Below, piece after piece: positions 43,313-53,338 of a stretch of 64,000 nt of DNA. Origin of the DNA: Gammaproteobacteria bacterium (GTDB lineage: Bacteria; Pseudomonadota; Gammaproteobacteria; Chromatiales; Chromatiaceae); NCBI GenBank assembly GCA_020630515.1, contig JAHDBG010000001.1, forward strand, positions 3,197 through 67,196, read 5' to 3'. Made by a program: the position numbers and the translations under genes. The notes under the pieces were generated by a model. That model did not search any database. It saw only the letters and a list, made by a program, of their open reading frames with translations, and was not told where the DNA came from. Numbering within the stretch: the stretch's first letter is position 1; each line of letters opens with the position of its first letter.

Positions 43313-44164
43313 TCAGAAGTGCGCTTGTTGTAGTCTGGTATGTAATGGCGAGTCGTTACGTCCTGAGGCAATAAAACCACCGCAACCTGCCGGACGCTGC
43401 GCCAGTACCTGATGCGCTGCCTCAGGTGTGGCAAATCCGGCAAACACACACGCACCGGTACCGGTCAGCTGCGCTGGTGCAAACTGTTGCAGCCAGTGCA
43501 AGGCTTCGGCCACTGGCGGAAATAGTCTGCAGACCACTGGCAGGCAATGGTTATCACGGGAGCCCGCCATGAAGGCGCGTATTGTGATCGCGGTGGCGTC
43601 TCGTGTCAATTGTGGATCCGCAAATATTCTGGCGGTACTCACCTGACAATCCGGGATCAGTACCAGGTAGCAGGGTTCTGGTAATACCAGTGGTTGCAGT
43701 TGTTCTCCGATACCTTCCGCCCAGGCCGCCTGGCCCCGCACGAATACGGGCACATCAGCCCCCAGTTGTACGCCCAGTTGCGCCAGTTCGGTCAGACTCA
43801 GGCTGCACTGCCAGAGCTGATTGAGTGCGATCAGCACGGTCGCAGCATCCGAACTGCCACCACCTAGTCCGGCCCCTGTTGGTAGTTGTTTGTGCAGCGT
43901 GATATCCACACCCTGTGTGCAGTTTGTGTGTGCCTGCAACAGCTTGGCAGCGCGTAATGTCAGGTCTTTTTCTTCTGGTATATCAGCGAATGCGTGGACA
44001 CGCCGGATGCATCCGTCCGTCCGCACCCGGAAATCCAGTGTATCGCCGTATTGCAGAAACTGAAAAACAGTTTGCAGCTGGTGATAACCATCCGGGCGGC
44101 GGCCCAGAATACGCAACATGAGATTCAGCTTGGCTGGTGCCGGCCAGCCCGGGGAGCAGGTCAT
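43313..44164 (-). CDS. ispE: 4-diphosphocytidyl-2-C-methyl-D-erythritol kinase
   Basis: WPAPAKLNLMLRILGRRPDGYH and the GHMP motif PTGAGLGGGSSDAA are present. The ispE-tRNA(Gln)-prs order is conserved. Confidence 0.9.
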   Translation of the reverse strand: MTCSPGWPAPAKLNLMLRILGRRPDGYHQLQTVFQFLQYGDTLDFRVRTDGCIRRVHAFADIPEEKDLTLRAAKLLQAHTNCTQGVDITLHKQLPTGAGLGGGSSDAATVLIALNQLWQCSLSLTELAQLGVQLGADVPVFVRGQAAWAEGIGEQLQPLVLPEPCYLVLIPDCQVSTARIFADPQLTRDATAITIRAFMAGSRDNHCLPVVCRLFPPVAEALHWLQQFAPAQLTGTGACVFAGFATPEAAHQVLAQRPAGCGGFIASGRNDSPLHTRLQQAHF

Positions 44165-46740
44165 GTCTCAACCCGGCACAGGGCTTGCAAGCCACAATGA
44201 GTGCAGGCCCGGGTATTACGTGGTGCGACGTCGGCCAGCCCGGTCTGGATCTCGGTGGTCAGCTGATTCAGTACCTGGCGCCAGTGATGCAATAAATCCG
44301 GCCAGTCGGTCATTGTGTCGGTTGGTGTCAGTGCCGGAATGCCCGGCGCGATATCGGCATAGGCAGCCATGCCATGAAACCGGGTATGCTGTCCATGCAC
44401 CTGTCCCAGCAAGGCAGCGACCGGTTGTTCTGCCTGCAGACAGTACAGGGGTACCTGCCATTCGCTCGGTCGTTCTGTTGCCCAGTCCGGTTGAGCCAGG
44501 ATGCCACTCTTATAATCAATCACCACCTGTTCGCCGCCGGCCAGTTCGTCCACCCGGTCCGCCTGCACTCGCAAGTCCAGACCATGCAGTGCCAGTGGAC
44601 GCCGTTCTTCCAGATGGCGTACCCGGAATGGCGTTGTTCGTTGTTTTTCCAGCGTCAGCCAGGTCAGTATCAATGTGACCAGCCGTTCGGTTTCCAGAGC
44701 CACAAACGCGGTGTGAAACAGATCCGGACGCTGCATTGCCGCTGTTTTTAACACCTGTTCTGTCTGGCGGGTAATCAGGGCCTGCAGCCTCTCATCTGAT
44801 GTGGCCTGCAATTGATTCGAATCATGTAGCTCTGCCCAGACCGCCTGTAACAGTGCATGCAATAACTGGCCGCGTAAACGCGCATCCGGGGTATGACTGA
44901 CAACCGGCCAGGCCTGCGCACCCAGCCGGAACCGGGCCACAGCCTGAAACGGGCAGGCGGCCTGAGCATTGATCAGATGGGTGCCGCCACGCGGTGTCTG
45001 TGCGGGTGGCACTGCCTCCGGCCAGGGCAGCGGAGTCAGCTCTGCGGCCTGGCTGGCTGCCTGATACAGTGCTGAGGTCAGGTTCAGGCCCAGTGCCTCC
45101 GGTGTGGTCTGTGGCACGTCGGCAAATAACAGACTGATCTGTTGTGGCTGGTCGGCTACCTGAGCGGCATAACTGATGATCACTGTTGGCGCCATCCGGC
45201 ACCAGTATGCAGTCAGACGTTGGGCAAATTGCAGTTCCTGTGTGCCGGAGGCATGTGGCATCGCTCGTTCACGTTGTAGTGACGTCGGCAATAACGGGTG
45301 TGGTCGGGCAGGTGGTGGCCAACTGAGTGCGTCCATGCCGAGCAGCCAGACCGCATCAAACTGTAAGCCAGCGGCTTCCAGTGGACCCAGAATGTGCAGC
45401 CGGTGATCGGTCGATTCAGCCTGAAAGAGGGTGTGGGCGCACAATTGATGCCAGGCATCCAGTGTTGCGGACCAGGTCATCTGCGGCTGTACCAGGTTCA
45501 GGCTGGCCAGCTCGCTCAACAGGCGGCGCAGGCGCGCTGCCTGCTGGTATTCGGTGCTGTTCAGTCCGCTTCCGGGCCAACCCAGTGTCTGTAGCATCTG
45601 GCTGAGCTGCGCTGCCCGGGCTACTGGTGTCGCCAGATGTGGTTGGCGTGCGATCTGCTGTTGCAATCGTGCCAGACGCGCCGTCAGGTCAGGCGCATGA
45701 CAGGTAGCATCCTGCGTTGCCCGGGCGCGGGCCCGCCGTACCAGCTGCGCCAGAGTCAATTGTGGCTGCCCGTCCCGATACAGGTGGTGATCTAACGCAG
45801 CGCGTGCTAGCCATTCATCCGGCTCACCAATGAATGGCGAGCGTAATATCACACTGATCTCAGCCAGAGGCAGAGGTTGCGAACGGGTGAGCTGCAGTGC
45901 CAGCAACAATTGTGCCACCAGTGGGCAATCTGCCAGCGGACAACCTAATGCCAGATTAAAGGGTACGGCATCAGTTCCGCCGGGTAGCATGGATGCCGGA
46001 CTGAGAATCTCACTGAAACCCTGCAACAGGGCTGCCCGCCAGGCCTGTAATTGTGGTGTGATCACAGCGATTTTACAGGTCGGGTCTTGTGACAAGCGTT
46101 GTTCCGCCCAGACGGCCGCTGCGCGAATCTCGTCCTGCGGGCAATCCGGACCTATGGCCTGCACCTGTGCCTGGTAGTTCACTTCTGGCAGGGTGCCCAG
46201 GATCACACCCTGTGCCTGTAACTGATCCAGTAGTCCTTGTTGTTGCGGACTGAGCTGGTCAAAGCCACAGAATGTGATCTGTGCGGGCAGGGCCAGGGCA
46301 GCCACATGTTGCCTGAGCAGATCCGGCAATTCAGCCGATGTGATCCAGCCGTGTGTCACACATTCCTGGTGAAAGGCTTGCTGCCAGCGCACAAAACAGG
46401 CGGATTCGGGAGTGGTCTGTAGTTCCGGTGCATCCGCATCCAGCTGCCAGGCATGCCACAAACGCCAGGCTTGTTGTGCCAGTCTGGCTGCAGCCTGCGG
46501 GCGCAGCCAGGTCTCCGCATCCTGTTGCACGATCTGTTGCCAGACTAAGGCTTCCTGCATCTCCTGCAACAAAACCCGTGTGACCAGACCCTGATCCACC
46601 AGTGTGATATAGCCTTGTTGCAGCCAGGCAGACCAGGGCAGAATCACCGCACTTTGCCAGACTGCTGCCTGCGAGACTTGTTGCTGGTCATATTGTTGAC
46701 GTAATGCATGCGCCAGGCGGTTATTTACTGTTACAAGCAT
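44161..46740 (-). CDS. AddB-like PD-(D/E)XK nuclease family protein
   Basis: The C-terminal nuclease block is VIDYKSG, followed by a cysteine cluster C-THC-GLQALC typical of Fe-S AddB-type nuclease domains. I prefer the start at ATG 46740 (MLVTVNNRLA), because the track start at 46836 lies in an AT-rich intergenic stretch. Confidence 0.65.
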   Translation of the reverse strand: MLVTVNNRLAHALRQQYDQQQVSQAAVWQSAVILPWSAWLQQGYITLVDQGLVTRVLLQEMQEALVWQQIVQQDAETWLRPQAAARLAQQAWRLWHAWQLDADAPELQTTPESACFVRWQQAFHQECVTHGWITSAELPDLLRQHVAALALPAQITFCGFDQLSPQQQGLLDQLQAQGVILGTLPEVNYQAQVQAIGPDCPQDEIRAAAVWAEQRLSQDPTCKIAVITPQLQAWRAALLQGFSEILSPASMLPGGTDAVPFNLALGCPLADCPLVAQLLLALQLTRSQPLPLAEISVILRSPFIGEPDEWLARAALDHHLYRDGQPQLTLAQLVRRARARATQDATCHAPDLTARLARLQQQIARQPHLATPVARAAQLSQMLQTLGWPGSGLNSTEYQQAARLRRLLSELASLNLVQPQMTWSATLDAWHQLCAHTLFQAESTDHRLHILGPLEAAGLQFDAVWLLGMDALSWPPPARPHPLLPTSLQRERAMPHASGTQELQFAQRLTAYWCRMAPTVIISYAAQVADQPQQISLLFADVPQTTPEALGLNLTSALYQAASQAAELTPLPWPEAVPPAQTPRGGTHLINAQAACPFQAVARFRLGAQAWPVVSHTPDARLRGQLLHALLQAVWAELHDSNQLQATSDERLQALITRQTEQVLKTAAMQRPDLFHTAFVALETERLVTLILTWLTLEKQRTTPFRVRHLEERRPLALHGLDLRVQADRVDELAGGEQVVIDYKSGILAQPDWATERPSEWQVPLYCLQAEQPVAALLGQVHGQHTRFHGMAAYADIAPGIPALTPTDTMTDWPDLLHHWRQVLNQLTTEIQTGLADVAPRNTRACTHCGLQALCRVET

Positions 46741-46908
46741 AATAAATGCCTGAATGATTGTTCTGTTGAGAGAGCAAGCAATGAAATCATATTCTGTTGC
46801 GGGCCAGGATAATGTGAATTCTGTTCTTAATATCAATCACTGTCGCTGACAATCTGGGAAAATATTTTATAGTCAGTAGATATGTTACACCTCCGCTGTT
46901 GCTGAATC

Positions 46909-47706
46909 ATGTCCACACAGACTCATATTACGCCTCTCCATCCTGCCAGACCGCTCGTGGGTCACGTGCACCTAGTCGGCGCCGGGCCGGGCGATCCGGA
47001 ACTGCTGACCCTGCGGGCCCATCGCCTGATCTGTCAGGCGCACTGGATCGTACACGACCGGCTGATCGCCCCGGAGATTTTAGCGCTGGCAGCGGATAGT
47101 GCCGAACGGATTAACGTCGGCAAGCAGGGCTTCGGCAAGAGCTGGGGGCAGCCGGACATCAACGCATTACTGATCCGGCTGGCTCAGACGGGCAGGACTG
47201 TAGTGCGTCTCAAGTCGGGTGATCCGACCCTGTTCGGACGGCTGGATGAAGAAACCAGCGCACTGGATGAGGCAGGGATCACCTGGTCTGTCGTCCCGGG
47301 TATCACCGCAGCTTCTGCAGCAAGTGCTGCGCTTGGCCAGTCGCTCACCCGGCGCCAGCGCAACAGCAGTATCCAGCTGGTGACCGGACACGACATGCAG
47401 GGCTTTGCGGCCCATGACTGGCGCAGCCTGGCCCGTTCCGGCAATGTATTTGCAGTGTATATGGGCATCCGGGCGGCCCGTTTCATGCAGGGCCATCTGT
47501 TGATGCAGGGGGCTGCGGCGCACACTCCGGTCAGCATCGTTGAAGATGTCTCACGCCCCACGCAACGGATCATTGCGGCGACGCTCGGCACGCTGGTGAC
47601 ACAACTGACTCAGTACGAGATGACCGGTCCGGCGATCTTATTGTATGGTCTGGAACCGCAACAGGCGCGGGCTGCTGCCAGATCATGCCAGCAGGCGGCA
47701 GTATGA
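46909..47706 (+). CDS. cobA: Uroporphyrinogen-III C-methyltransferase (siroheme branch)
   Basis: VHLVGAGPGDPELLTLRA and LKSGDPTLFGR are present. It heads a sulfite-reductase cluster. Confidence 0.9.
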   Translation: MSTQTHITPLHPARPLVGHVHLVGAGPGDPELLTLRAHRLICQAHWIVHDRLIAPEILALAADSAERINVGKQGFGKSWGQPDINALLIRLAQTGRTVVRLKSGDPTLFGRLDEETSALDEAGITWSVVPGITAASAASAALGQSLTRRQRNSSIQLVTGHDMQGFAAHDWRSLARSGNVFAVYMGIRAARFMQGHLLMQGAAAHTPVSIVEDVSRPTQRIIAATLGTLVTQLTQYEMTGPAILLYGLEPQQARAAARSCQQAAV

Positions 47707-48002
47707 GCAAATCATTCAGACCAGGTGTGATCACTGCCAACGATCTGCGCAATGGAGAAGTGGTCTATTTTACTGCTGCGGATCACTGGAGCAGCGATCA
47801 TACTCAGGCCGAATGGCTGGCAGATGCAGCGCAGGCTGCACAACGTCTCAACCGGGCGCAACAGGACAGTCATATTGTAGTGGATCCCTATCTGGCGGAA
47901 GCACAACGGAATGCTGCCGGAGAACCGGAGCCGACCCATTTTCGTGAACAATTCCGTACCCGGGGACCTTCCAATTACTGGCACGGCAAACAGGCCGCCT
48001 GA
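47703..48002 (+). CDS. DUF2849 domain protein
   Basis: This small protein (MSKSFRPGVITANDLRNGEVVYF) lies between cobA and sulfite reductase, a recurrent arrangement. Its start overlaps the cobA stop (ATGA). Confidence 0.7.
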   Translation: MSKSFRPGVITANDLRNGEVVYFTAADHWSSDHTQAEWLADAAQAAQRLNRAQQDSHIVVDPYLAEAQRNAAGEPEPTHFREQFRTRGPSNYWHGKQAA

Positions 48003-48026
48003 CACCCGTTATGCAGAAATCACATC

Positions 48027-49673
48027 ATGTATTCGTATCAACCCTTTGATAAGGCATTTGTCAGACGCCGCATTACGCAGTTTCGCGAGCAGATCCGGCG
48101 GCGACTCGACGGCAGCCTGACAGAAGAAGAATTCAAGCCATTCCGGTTGATGAATGGCCTGTATATGCAACTGCATGCGTATATGTTACGGGTCGCGATT
48201 CCGTATGGTACCTTCAGTCCGGCACAACTGCGCCAGATGGCATACATCGCAGATCGCTGGGACAAGGGCTACGGCCACTTCACTACCCGGCAGAACATCC
48301 AGTATAACTGGCCGCAACTGGACAATGTGGCAGATATTCTGGAGGCATTAGCTGATGTTGATATGCATGCGATCCAGACCTCCGGCAATTGCATCCGCAA
48401 CGTCACTGCTGATCATTTTGCCGGAGCGGCGGCAGATGAAATTGAAGATCCACGCCCGACAGCGGAACTGATCCGGCAATGGTCCACGGATCATCCTGAA
48501 TTTATGTTTCTACCGCGTAAATTCAAGATTGCCCTGACGGGCAGTCCGCAGGATCGGGCCGTCACCCGTGCGCATGATATCGGCCTGCAGATGCAGCGTG
48601 ATGCGACCGGTGCTCCGGGCTATACAGTGATTGTGGGAGGCGGTCTGGGACGGACTCCGGTGATCGGTCAGGTGATCCGTGAATTCCTGCCAAAGGCGGA
48701 GCTGTTGCCTTACCTGGAAGCGATTCTCAGCGTCTACAACAGTATCGGACGACGCGATAACCTGTACAAGGCGCGCATCAAAATCACTGTGCAGCAGGTC
48801 GGACTGGAGGCATTTCGCGCACAAGTGGAAGAACGTTTTCAGCGTATCCGACCACACTTCAGCGGCGTGGATCAGGCCTTGTTAACCGAGCTGGAAGCGG
48901 CATTTGCACCACCTGAGTACCAGACAGCGGATACCAGTGCGTTTGATCAGGCCCGGCAACAGGATCCGATCTTCAATGCATGGGCCGGAACGAACCTGCA
49001 CCCGCACAAACATCCGGACTATGCGATAGTCACCGTCTCACTGAAGGCGCACGGGCAAACACCGGGTGATATCAACAGTCACCAGATGCGTGTCCTGGCT
49101 GATCTGGCCGAAACCTGCGGGCACAGCGATCTGCGTGCCAGTCACGAACAAAACCTGATTCTGCCACATGTGCACAAAGGCGATCTGCCGGCATTGCACG
49201 CCGCATTGCGTGAACACGGACTGGCGACCGCGAACATCGGCCTGATCTCGGACATCATTGCCTGCCCGGGAATGGACTATTGTTCGCTGGCGATGGCGCG
49301 CTCCATCCCGATCGCACAACAGATCGCACAACGGTTTGATGAACTGGAACACCAGATTGGCCCGCTGAAGGTCAAGATTTCCGGTTGTATCAATGCGTGT
49401 GGCCATCACCATGTCGGCCATATCGGTATCCTCGGCATGGATCGGGGTGGTGTTGAAAGCTATCAGATTACCCTGGGTGGCGATCACACCGAACAGGCGA
49501 CGCTGGGTAAGCGCACCGGGCAGGGCTTTTCGTACGAAGACATCCTCCCAGCCATGGAACGACTCATACAGGCCTATCTGGCACAGCGCAGCACCGCCGA
49601 CGAGTCTTTTACTGATACCTATCGCCGCCTGGGTCCGGCACCCTTCAAAACAGCTCTGTATGCCCATGTCTGA
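48027..49673 (+). CDS. cysI: Sulfite reductase hemoprotein (NirA/CysI family)
   Basis: It has two nitrite/sulfite-reductase repeats. The siroheme/4Fe-4S cysteine motifs ACPGMDYC and SGCINACGHHHVG are present. Confidence 0.9.
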   Translation: MYSYQPFDKAFVRRRITQFREQIRRRLDGSLTEEEFKPFRLMNGLYMQLHAYMLRVAIPYGTFSPAQLRQMAYIADRWDKGYGHFTTRQNIQYNWPQLDNVADILEALADVDMHAIQTSGNCIRNVTADHFAGAAADEIEDPRPTAELIRQWSTDHPEFMFLPRKFKIALTGSPQDRAVTRAHDIGLQMQRDATGAPGYTVIVGGGLGRTPVIGQVIREFLPKAELLPYLEAILSVYNSIGRRDNLYKARIKITVQQVGLEAFRAQVEERFQRIRPHFSGVDQALLTELEAAFAPPEYQTADTSAFDQARQQDPIFNAWAGTNLHPHKHPDYAIVTVSLKAHGQTPGDINSHQMRVLADLAETCGHSDLRASHEQNLILPHVHKGDLPALHAALREHGLATANIGLISDIIACPGMDYCSLAMARSIPIAQQIAQRFDELEHQIGPLKVKISGCINACGHHHVGHIGILGMDRGGVESYQITLGGDHTEQATLGKRTGQGFSYEDILPAMERLIQAYLAQRSTADESFTDTYRRLGPAPFKTALYAHV

Positions 49674-50415
49674 ACAGAACTCATTCACCGCCCGGGTTGC
49701 CGGGCTGAATAAAGATTATCGTGGCCAGCCGACCCGGCTGTTTATTGAACAGGTGCTGCACGATCCGCGCCTGAGCCGGATCGCACTGGTATCTTCTTTC
49801 GGTGCCGAGTCAGCCGTTCTGCTGCACCTGGTGGCACGCGTGAATCCGGCGACCCCGGTATTGTTTATTGATACCGGCAAGCTGTTTCCGGAAACACTGG
49901 TGTACCAGCAACAACTGACCGAACAGCTCGGGCTGACTGATCTGCGTATCTTAAGACCTGATCCTGAGGCGCTGGCAGCACAGGATCCTGACGGCAGATT
50001 GCACCAGGTAGCACCGAACAGCTGCTGCGAGCTGCGCAAGGTACGCCCGTTACAACAGGCCCTGAGCGGATTTGATGCCTGGATCAGCGGGCGTAAACGG
50101 TACCAGAGTGATACCCGGGCGGACCTGGACTATTTCGAGAATGAGCAGGATCAGCGCATCAAGATCAATCCACTGGCACATTGGACACCGCAGGAACTGG
50201 AAGATTACCGGCAACAACACCAACTGCCAGCTCACCCACTGGTGGTGCAGGGCTATCGGTCTATCGGCTGTGCACCCTGTACCTCACCTGTCGCCGGGCA
50301 CGAAGCCAGCCGGGCTGGCCGCTGGCGTAACAGCACGAAACGTGAGTGTGGTATCCATTTTGTGAACGGACGCATCCAGCGCCTGGACACCACACCGATC
50401 AGCCAGGCCGCATGA
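49660..50415 (+). CDS. cysH: Adenylyl-/phosphoadenylyl-sulfate reductase (Fe-S type)
   Basis: PP-loop-like SFGAESAVLLHL, the CC pair (NSCCELRKV) and the C-terminal GCAPCT indicate APS-reductase-type CysH. The track ORF from 49393 is an upstream read-through inside cysI. Confidence 0.9.
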   Translation: MPMSEQNSFTARVAGLNKDYRGQPTRLFIEQVLHDPRLSRIALVSSFGAESAVLLHLVARVNPATPVLFIDTGKLFPETLVYQQQLTEQLGLTDLRILRPDPEALAAQDPDGRLHQVAPNSCCELRKVRPLQQALSGFDAWISGRKRYQSDTRADLDYFENEQDQRIKINPLAHWTPQELEDYRQQHQLPAHPLVVQGYRSIGCAPCTSPVAGHEASRAGRWRNSTKRECGIHFVNGRIQRLDTTPISQAA

Positions 50416-50837
50416 ACATTCTTGTCACGGATGCAGGATTTCAAGAAGAGACCCAACCCCTATCCTGGGTAGACTACACACCTGAGATGGCTTGGCCTGC
50501 GCGAGGCTGCGCAACAGACATTCCCGCCACCACAGATCCGGGGCAGTTAGATGCACACCTGGATCATATCAGTCATATCCGCATCACCTTTCCGAAGTTC
50601 AGTGACGGGCGCGGCTACACGCTGGCCCGTCAGCTGCGTCTGCTGGGCTACCGGGGCCACCTGCGTGCCGCCGGAGACCTGCTGCCTGACCAGTACGCGA
50701 TAGCCCGTCAGGTTGGCTTCGACGCCATCGAACTCACTTCTGCCCAAGCCACCTGCCATCCTGAGGCCTGCTGGCGCAGGCGCACCGACTGGTCACAACA
50801 CGACTACCAGGTCCGCCTCGGCTGGCGCTTCCCTTAA
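50412..50837 (+). CDS. DUF934 domain protein (sulfite-reduction associated)
   Basis: KFSDGRGYTLARQLR...GYRGHLRAAGDLLPDQ is the DUF934 pattern. Its ATG overlaps the cysH stop (ATGA). Confidence 0.75.
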   Translation: MNILVTDAGFQEETQPLSWVDYTPEMAWPARGCATDIPATTDPGQLDAHLDHISHIRITFPKFSDGRGYTLARQLRLLGYRGHLRAAGDLLPDQYAIARQVGFDAIELTSAQATCHPEACWRRRTDWSQHDYQVRLGWRFP

Positions 50838-50848
50838 TCTCAAGGGTG

Positions 50849-51385
50849 TTACCCGGCGTTTGTTAAGGGCAGTGTTGTAGTGGTCAGCATACGTAACATG
50901 CGTGTAACCAGCTCACGTTGCATATCAGTACGTAATTGTTGTGCTTCCCGGTCACTGCTGAGTCGGTCTGCCTGTGGTTGATACACAACCCGACTGGTGC
51001 GGATTCTGGTGGGATTAAGGGACGGGGGTTGTCGCGGATGGCGCAGTGCAAACTGCCAGCTTAAGATCAGCTCATATTCTACCGCTTCATTCTGTGCGTT
51101 GACACTGAACAGACGCGTATCCTGTTGCAACTCTGAAATCTCCAGAATACGCTGTCCATCTCTGGTGACGAGTTGCACTCCAGCCTGGTGCAACTGACGG
51201 GTCATTTCGTGCGACAGATCGGAATAGGGTGCCACACCCTGCAGCTGCCACGGGCCGGGGATATGGGCCAGTTGCGGGAGTTGACCACGCAATTGAAATC
51301 CGCAGGCACTTAACATGCTCAGCACCAGCAGAGTGCCGCTGATGAAACGCAGGTACACCGACCTGGAACAGAATCTCACAGGCAT
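50849..51385 (-). CDS. lptE: LPS-assembly lipoprotein LptE
   Basis: The lipobox plus signature is LSACGFQLRG. At 178 aa it has the LptE-like alternating pattern. Confidence 0.78.
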   Translation of the reverse strand: MPVRFCSRSVYLRFISGTLLVLSMLSACGFQLRGQLPQLAHIPGPWQLQGVAPYSDLSHEMTRQLHQAGVQLVTRDGQRILEISELQQDTRLFSVNAQNEAVEYELILSWQFALRHPRQPPSLNPTRIRTSRVVYQPQADRLSSDREAQQLRTDMQRELVTRMLRMLTTTTLPLTNAG

Positions 51386-53338
51386 TTACCGAGTGTGTTT
51401 GCCGGAATCATCATGCGCGGTCCTGAAACCGATATAACGGGCGTCAGTCGAAGCAAGCAGTCCGCCGAGAGCCATCAGTACCGCACCCCACCAGATCCAG
51501 CGGATAAACGGCTTGTGGTATAGCCGCACGCCCCAGGCACCGTCAGTCAGTGGCTCGCCGAGCGCAACAAACAGGTCGCGCGTCAACCCCGGGTCAATTG
51601 CGGCTTCGGTCATCGGCATCTTCTGCACGGAATAGATCCGCTTTTCAGGCAACAGCTGCAGAGTGTCGCCATCCGGTGTCTGCACACTGATCCGGCCACG
51701 GCTTGCCTGATAATTGGGCCCGGCATGTTGTGCTACACCCTCAAAGGTAAACACATAACCATCCAGAGTGTAGGTTTCGCCGGGTGCCAGGCGCAGGTCT
51801 TTTTCAGTTGAATAGGTCGTGGTGAGTGTGACACCGATGATAAATACCACGATGCCCAGATGCCCCAGATTCATACCCCAGTAACCACGTGGTAGCTGAC
51901 GCCAATGCGTGGTACTGCGCAGACGCTGGTACAGGCCGCTGAGGGTGGAAGCACCAACCCAGCAGGCCAACGACAGACCAAGTAATGCAGTCCAGGCCCA
52001 GGTTGGTGTGAACAGCCAGGCCCAGACGAAAGCGAGTAATATTGCGAGCAACAGCGGCAGGCGCAGCACCGTACCGATGCGTGCCGGTGTGTCCCTGCCC
52101 CAGCGCAGGTGCGGCCCGATACCGAGCAACAGGATCAGTGGCAGCATTAACATGCTGAACATCCGGTCAAAATAAGGCTGACCGACAGAAATCTTGCCGA
52201 GTTGCAGTGCATCACTCAGCAGTGGATACAGAGTGCCGAGCAGAATCATCGCCGCAGCAACCAGTAGCAGTACATTATTCAGCAGCAACCCGGTCTCACG
52301 TGAGACCGTATGCAACAGAATCTGGCTGCGGATAGTCTGTGCACGCAGGGCATACAACAACAATGAGCCCCCGACCACGGCGACCAGAAACGCGAGGATA
52401 AACACACCGCGCTCCGGGTCGGAAGCAAACGCATGAACTGAGGTCAGTATGCCGGAGCGTACCAGAAAGGTACCGAGCAGGCTGAGTGAGAAGGCACAGA
52501 TCGCGAGCAACAGAGTCCAGGCCTTGAAGGCACCTCGCTTGTCGGTCACCGCAAGCGAATGCATCAGGGCGGTGCCGACCAGCCAGGGCATAAAGGATGC
52601 ATTTTCGACCGGATCCCAGAACCACCAGCCGCCCCAACCCAGTTCGTAATAGGCCCACCAACTGCCCAATGTGATGCCGAGTGTCAGGCAGACCCAGGCC
52701 AGATGTACCCAGGGCCGCATCCAGCGTGCCCAGGCGGCATCAAACTGTCCGCTGAGCATCGCGGCAACTGCGAATGCAAACGGGATCGCAAAGCCGACAT
52801 AGCCCAGATACAGCATCGGCGGATGAAAGATAAGTCCCGGGTCTTGTAATAATGGATTGAGGTCGCGTCCTTCAATTGCTGCCGGCACCAGCCGGGCAAA
52901 CGGATTGGAGGTAAACAGCATAAATGCCAGAAAGCCGACACTGACTAGGCCCAGGACGCTCAGAATACGTGCCAGCAGCGGGGTTGGAATCTGGCGACTG
53001 AAGTAGCTGACTGCACTGGTCCACAGTGCCAGGATCAATGTCCAGAGCAACAGGGAACCTTCGTGTGCACCCCAGACCGCCGAGATCAGATAAGGGACAG
53101 GCAGTTGCGTATTCGCATTGTGGGCGACATACGCGACCGAAAAATCATGGGTGAGAAAGCTGGTGGTCAGCAGACCGAACGCGCCGAGCAGGGCGAGGGT
53201 ATGCAGATGGCTGAGGGGACGGGCGAGGGTAATCCACAGGGGGATATCGCGTTGTGCGCCAATCAGAGGCAGGGTACCCAGTAACAGCGCCAGGATGCAG
53301 GCGAGGCTGAGTAAGAATTGACCAAGTTCAGGAATCAC
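51386..53338 (-). CDS. ccmF: Cytochrome c-type biogenesis protein CcmF (heme lyase family)
   Basis: The WWD motif WGGWWFWDPVENASFMPWL is present. The 650-aa protein is polytopic. The GTG start overlaps the upstream stop (GTGA). Confidence 0.9.
   Translation of the reverse strand: MIPELGQFLLSLACILALLLGTLPLIGAQRDIPLWITLARPLSHLHTLALLGAFGLLTTSFLTHDFSVAYVAHNANTQLPVPYLISAVWGAHEGSLLLWTLILALWTSAVSYFSRQIPTPLLARILSVLGLVSVGFLAFMLFTSNPFARLVPAAIEGRDLNPLLQDPGLIFHPPMLYLGYVGFAIPFAFAVAAMLSGQFDAAWARWMRPWVHLAWVCLTLGITLGSWWAYYELGWGGWWFWDPVENASFMPWLVGTALMHSLAVTDKRGAFKAWTLLLAICAFSLSLLGTFLVRSGILTSVHAFASDPERGVFILAFLVAVVGGSLLLYALRAQTIRSQILLHTVSRETGLLLNNVLLLVAAAMILLGTLYPLLSDALQLGKISVGQPYFDRMFSMLMLPLILLLGIGPHLRWGRDTPARIGTVLRLPLLLAILLAFVWAWLFTPTWAWTALLGLSLACWVGASTLSGLYQRLRSTTHWRQLPRGYWGMNLGHLGIVVFIIGVTLTTTYSTEKDLRLAPGETYTLDGYVFTFEGVAQHAGPNYQASRGRISVQTPDGDTLQLLPEKRIYSVQKMPMTEAAIDPGLTRDLFVALGEPLTDGAWGVRLYHKPFIRWIWWGAVLMALGGLLASTDARYIGFRTAHDDSGKHTR

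Noticed and set aside
49393-49659. Upstream extension of the cysH ORF.
   Set aside because: It lies out of frame inside the 3' end of cysI. CysH similarity starts at MSEQNSF (49666) or MPMSEQ (49660).
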